Position numbers and translations under genes: made by a program. Shown here in pieces: positions 63,275-64,000 of a stretch of DNA of 64,000 nt. The notes under the pieces are model-generated. The model did no database searches, was not told the DNA's origin, and saw only the letters and a list, made by a program, of their open reading frames with translations. Position 1 is the stretch's first letter. The number at the start of each line of letters is the position of its first letter. The stretch is from NCBI GenBank assembly GCA_963714015.1, contig OY970223.1, positions 64,001 through 128,000 on the forward strand, given 5' to 3'. The DNA is from Vulcanimicrobiota bacterium (GTDB lineage: Bacteria > Vulcanimicrobiota > Vulcanimicrobiia > Vulcanimicrobiales > Vulcanimicrobiaceae).

Positions 63275-63544
63275 TCATACCTGCATGTTCAGTATCGACG
63301 TCAATGCCTGCGCGGTGCGTCCGGCGGCGGCGCTCGCAACCGACAGTGCGACGTCTGCGCGGGCACGCTCGTACACTGCGGTTTGAAGATCGCCGGCACC
63401 CGACGCGAATGCATCTTCGGCGCCCTGCGCCGTCGTGAAAACCGATCCGAGATCATCGAGCAGTTTGCCGAATGCACTTGCGTCCGAGGCGTGCAGAGGA
63501 GCAGCCGTTTCCGGAGCATCGGGGAGCAGATTTTCGATCCTCAT
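63275..63544 (-). CDS. fliE: hook-basal body protein FliE; reads in frame with flgC in this assembly
   Basis: AFGKLL...GDLQTAV...ALTSILNMQV C-terminus. Confidence 0.8.
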   Translation of the reverse strand: MRIENLLPDAPETAAPLHASDASAFGKLLDDLGSVFTTAQGAEDAFASGAGDLQTAVYERARADVALSVASAAAGRTAQALTSILNMQV

Positions 63545-63877
63545 CAGCTTGCCCATGTCGATCGTGCGCTCGGCCAGGCGTTTTCCGGCGTCGAAAACCG
63601 AAGCGTTCGCTTCGTATGCCCGCGTGGCATTGAGCACCGCCACCATCTCAGTGAGAACGTCGACGCTGGACCCGCGATCGACGTGCGCGCCCGCGTAGAC
63701 CACTTGCGGTGATCGGCCGTCGGCTTGCACGAGCCGAAAATCCGCAATCAAACGCGGATAAGAGCCTTTGGGTCCCGCCGCTTCGGCTGCCGCGACGTTC
63801 CGCGCCTCCACGTCCAATGCGGCGCGTTGTGCGTCCATTCCGCTTGCGGCGGTCGCAAGCAAACCGAGGCTATCCAT
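63545..63877 (-). CDS. flgC: basal-body rod protein FlgC (short, divergent)
   Basis: AASGMDAQRAALDVEARNVA, VDVLTEMV...RAYEANASV. Confidence 0.82.
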
Positions 63878-64000
63878 TGCGCCGACCGCGATACGCTGCT
63901 ACATTCAACATAGCGTTTAGGGTAGTGCGCGAATATGGCAAACAAAGATCGCAATGATTTCCGGAGTATGACCTCGACGTCGATCTTATTCTTAATGGGT

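Overview
GC-rich bacterial chromosome segment. Gene content and protein style suggest Ca. Eremiobacterota/Vulcanimicrobiota; this is an inference, not something shown by the sequence. The window has two halves. (1) An accessory region, ~1-28.6 kb, holds regulator-plus-target modules, pseudogenes and seven paralogues of a multi-TM (+/-PDZ)-GAF membrane protein that has no output domain. About ten same-orientation copies of an unannotated modular intergenic element punctuate it: hairpin -> (YYARAACG)n -> GCGTTGTCTCAC core -> two TTTCACCCTAACT-like boxes 30 bp apart. These copies divide the region into cassette-like units, often of one gene. No integrase or transposase is present in the window. 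(2) A core region, 28.7-64 kb, holds ssb, rpsF, an RND pump, rel, apt, a HIRAN+RecQ-like helicase, secF/secD, and a reduced, divergent flagellar-type export operon (flgC-fliE-fliF/G-fliH-fliI...fliP-fliQ-fliR-flhB-flhA). That operon has a FliF-FliG(M) fusion, a miniature FliK-like protein and inserted unrelated genes. Several single-base +1 frameshifts, including in rel and metF, look like sequencing errors. No rRNA, tRNA or CRISPR array was seen.
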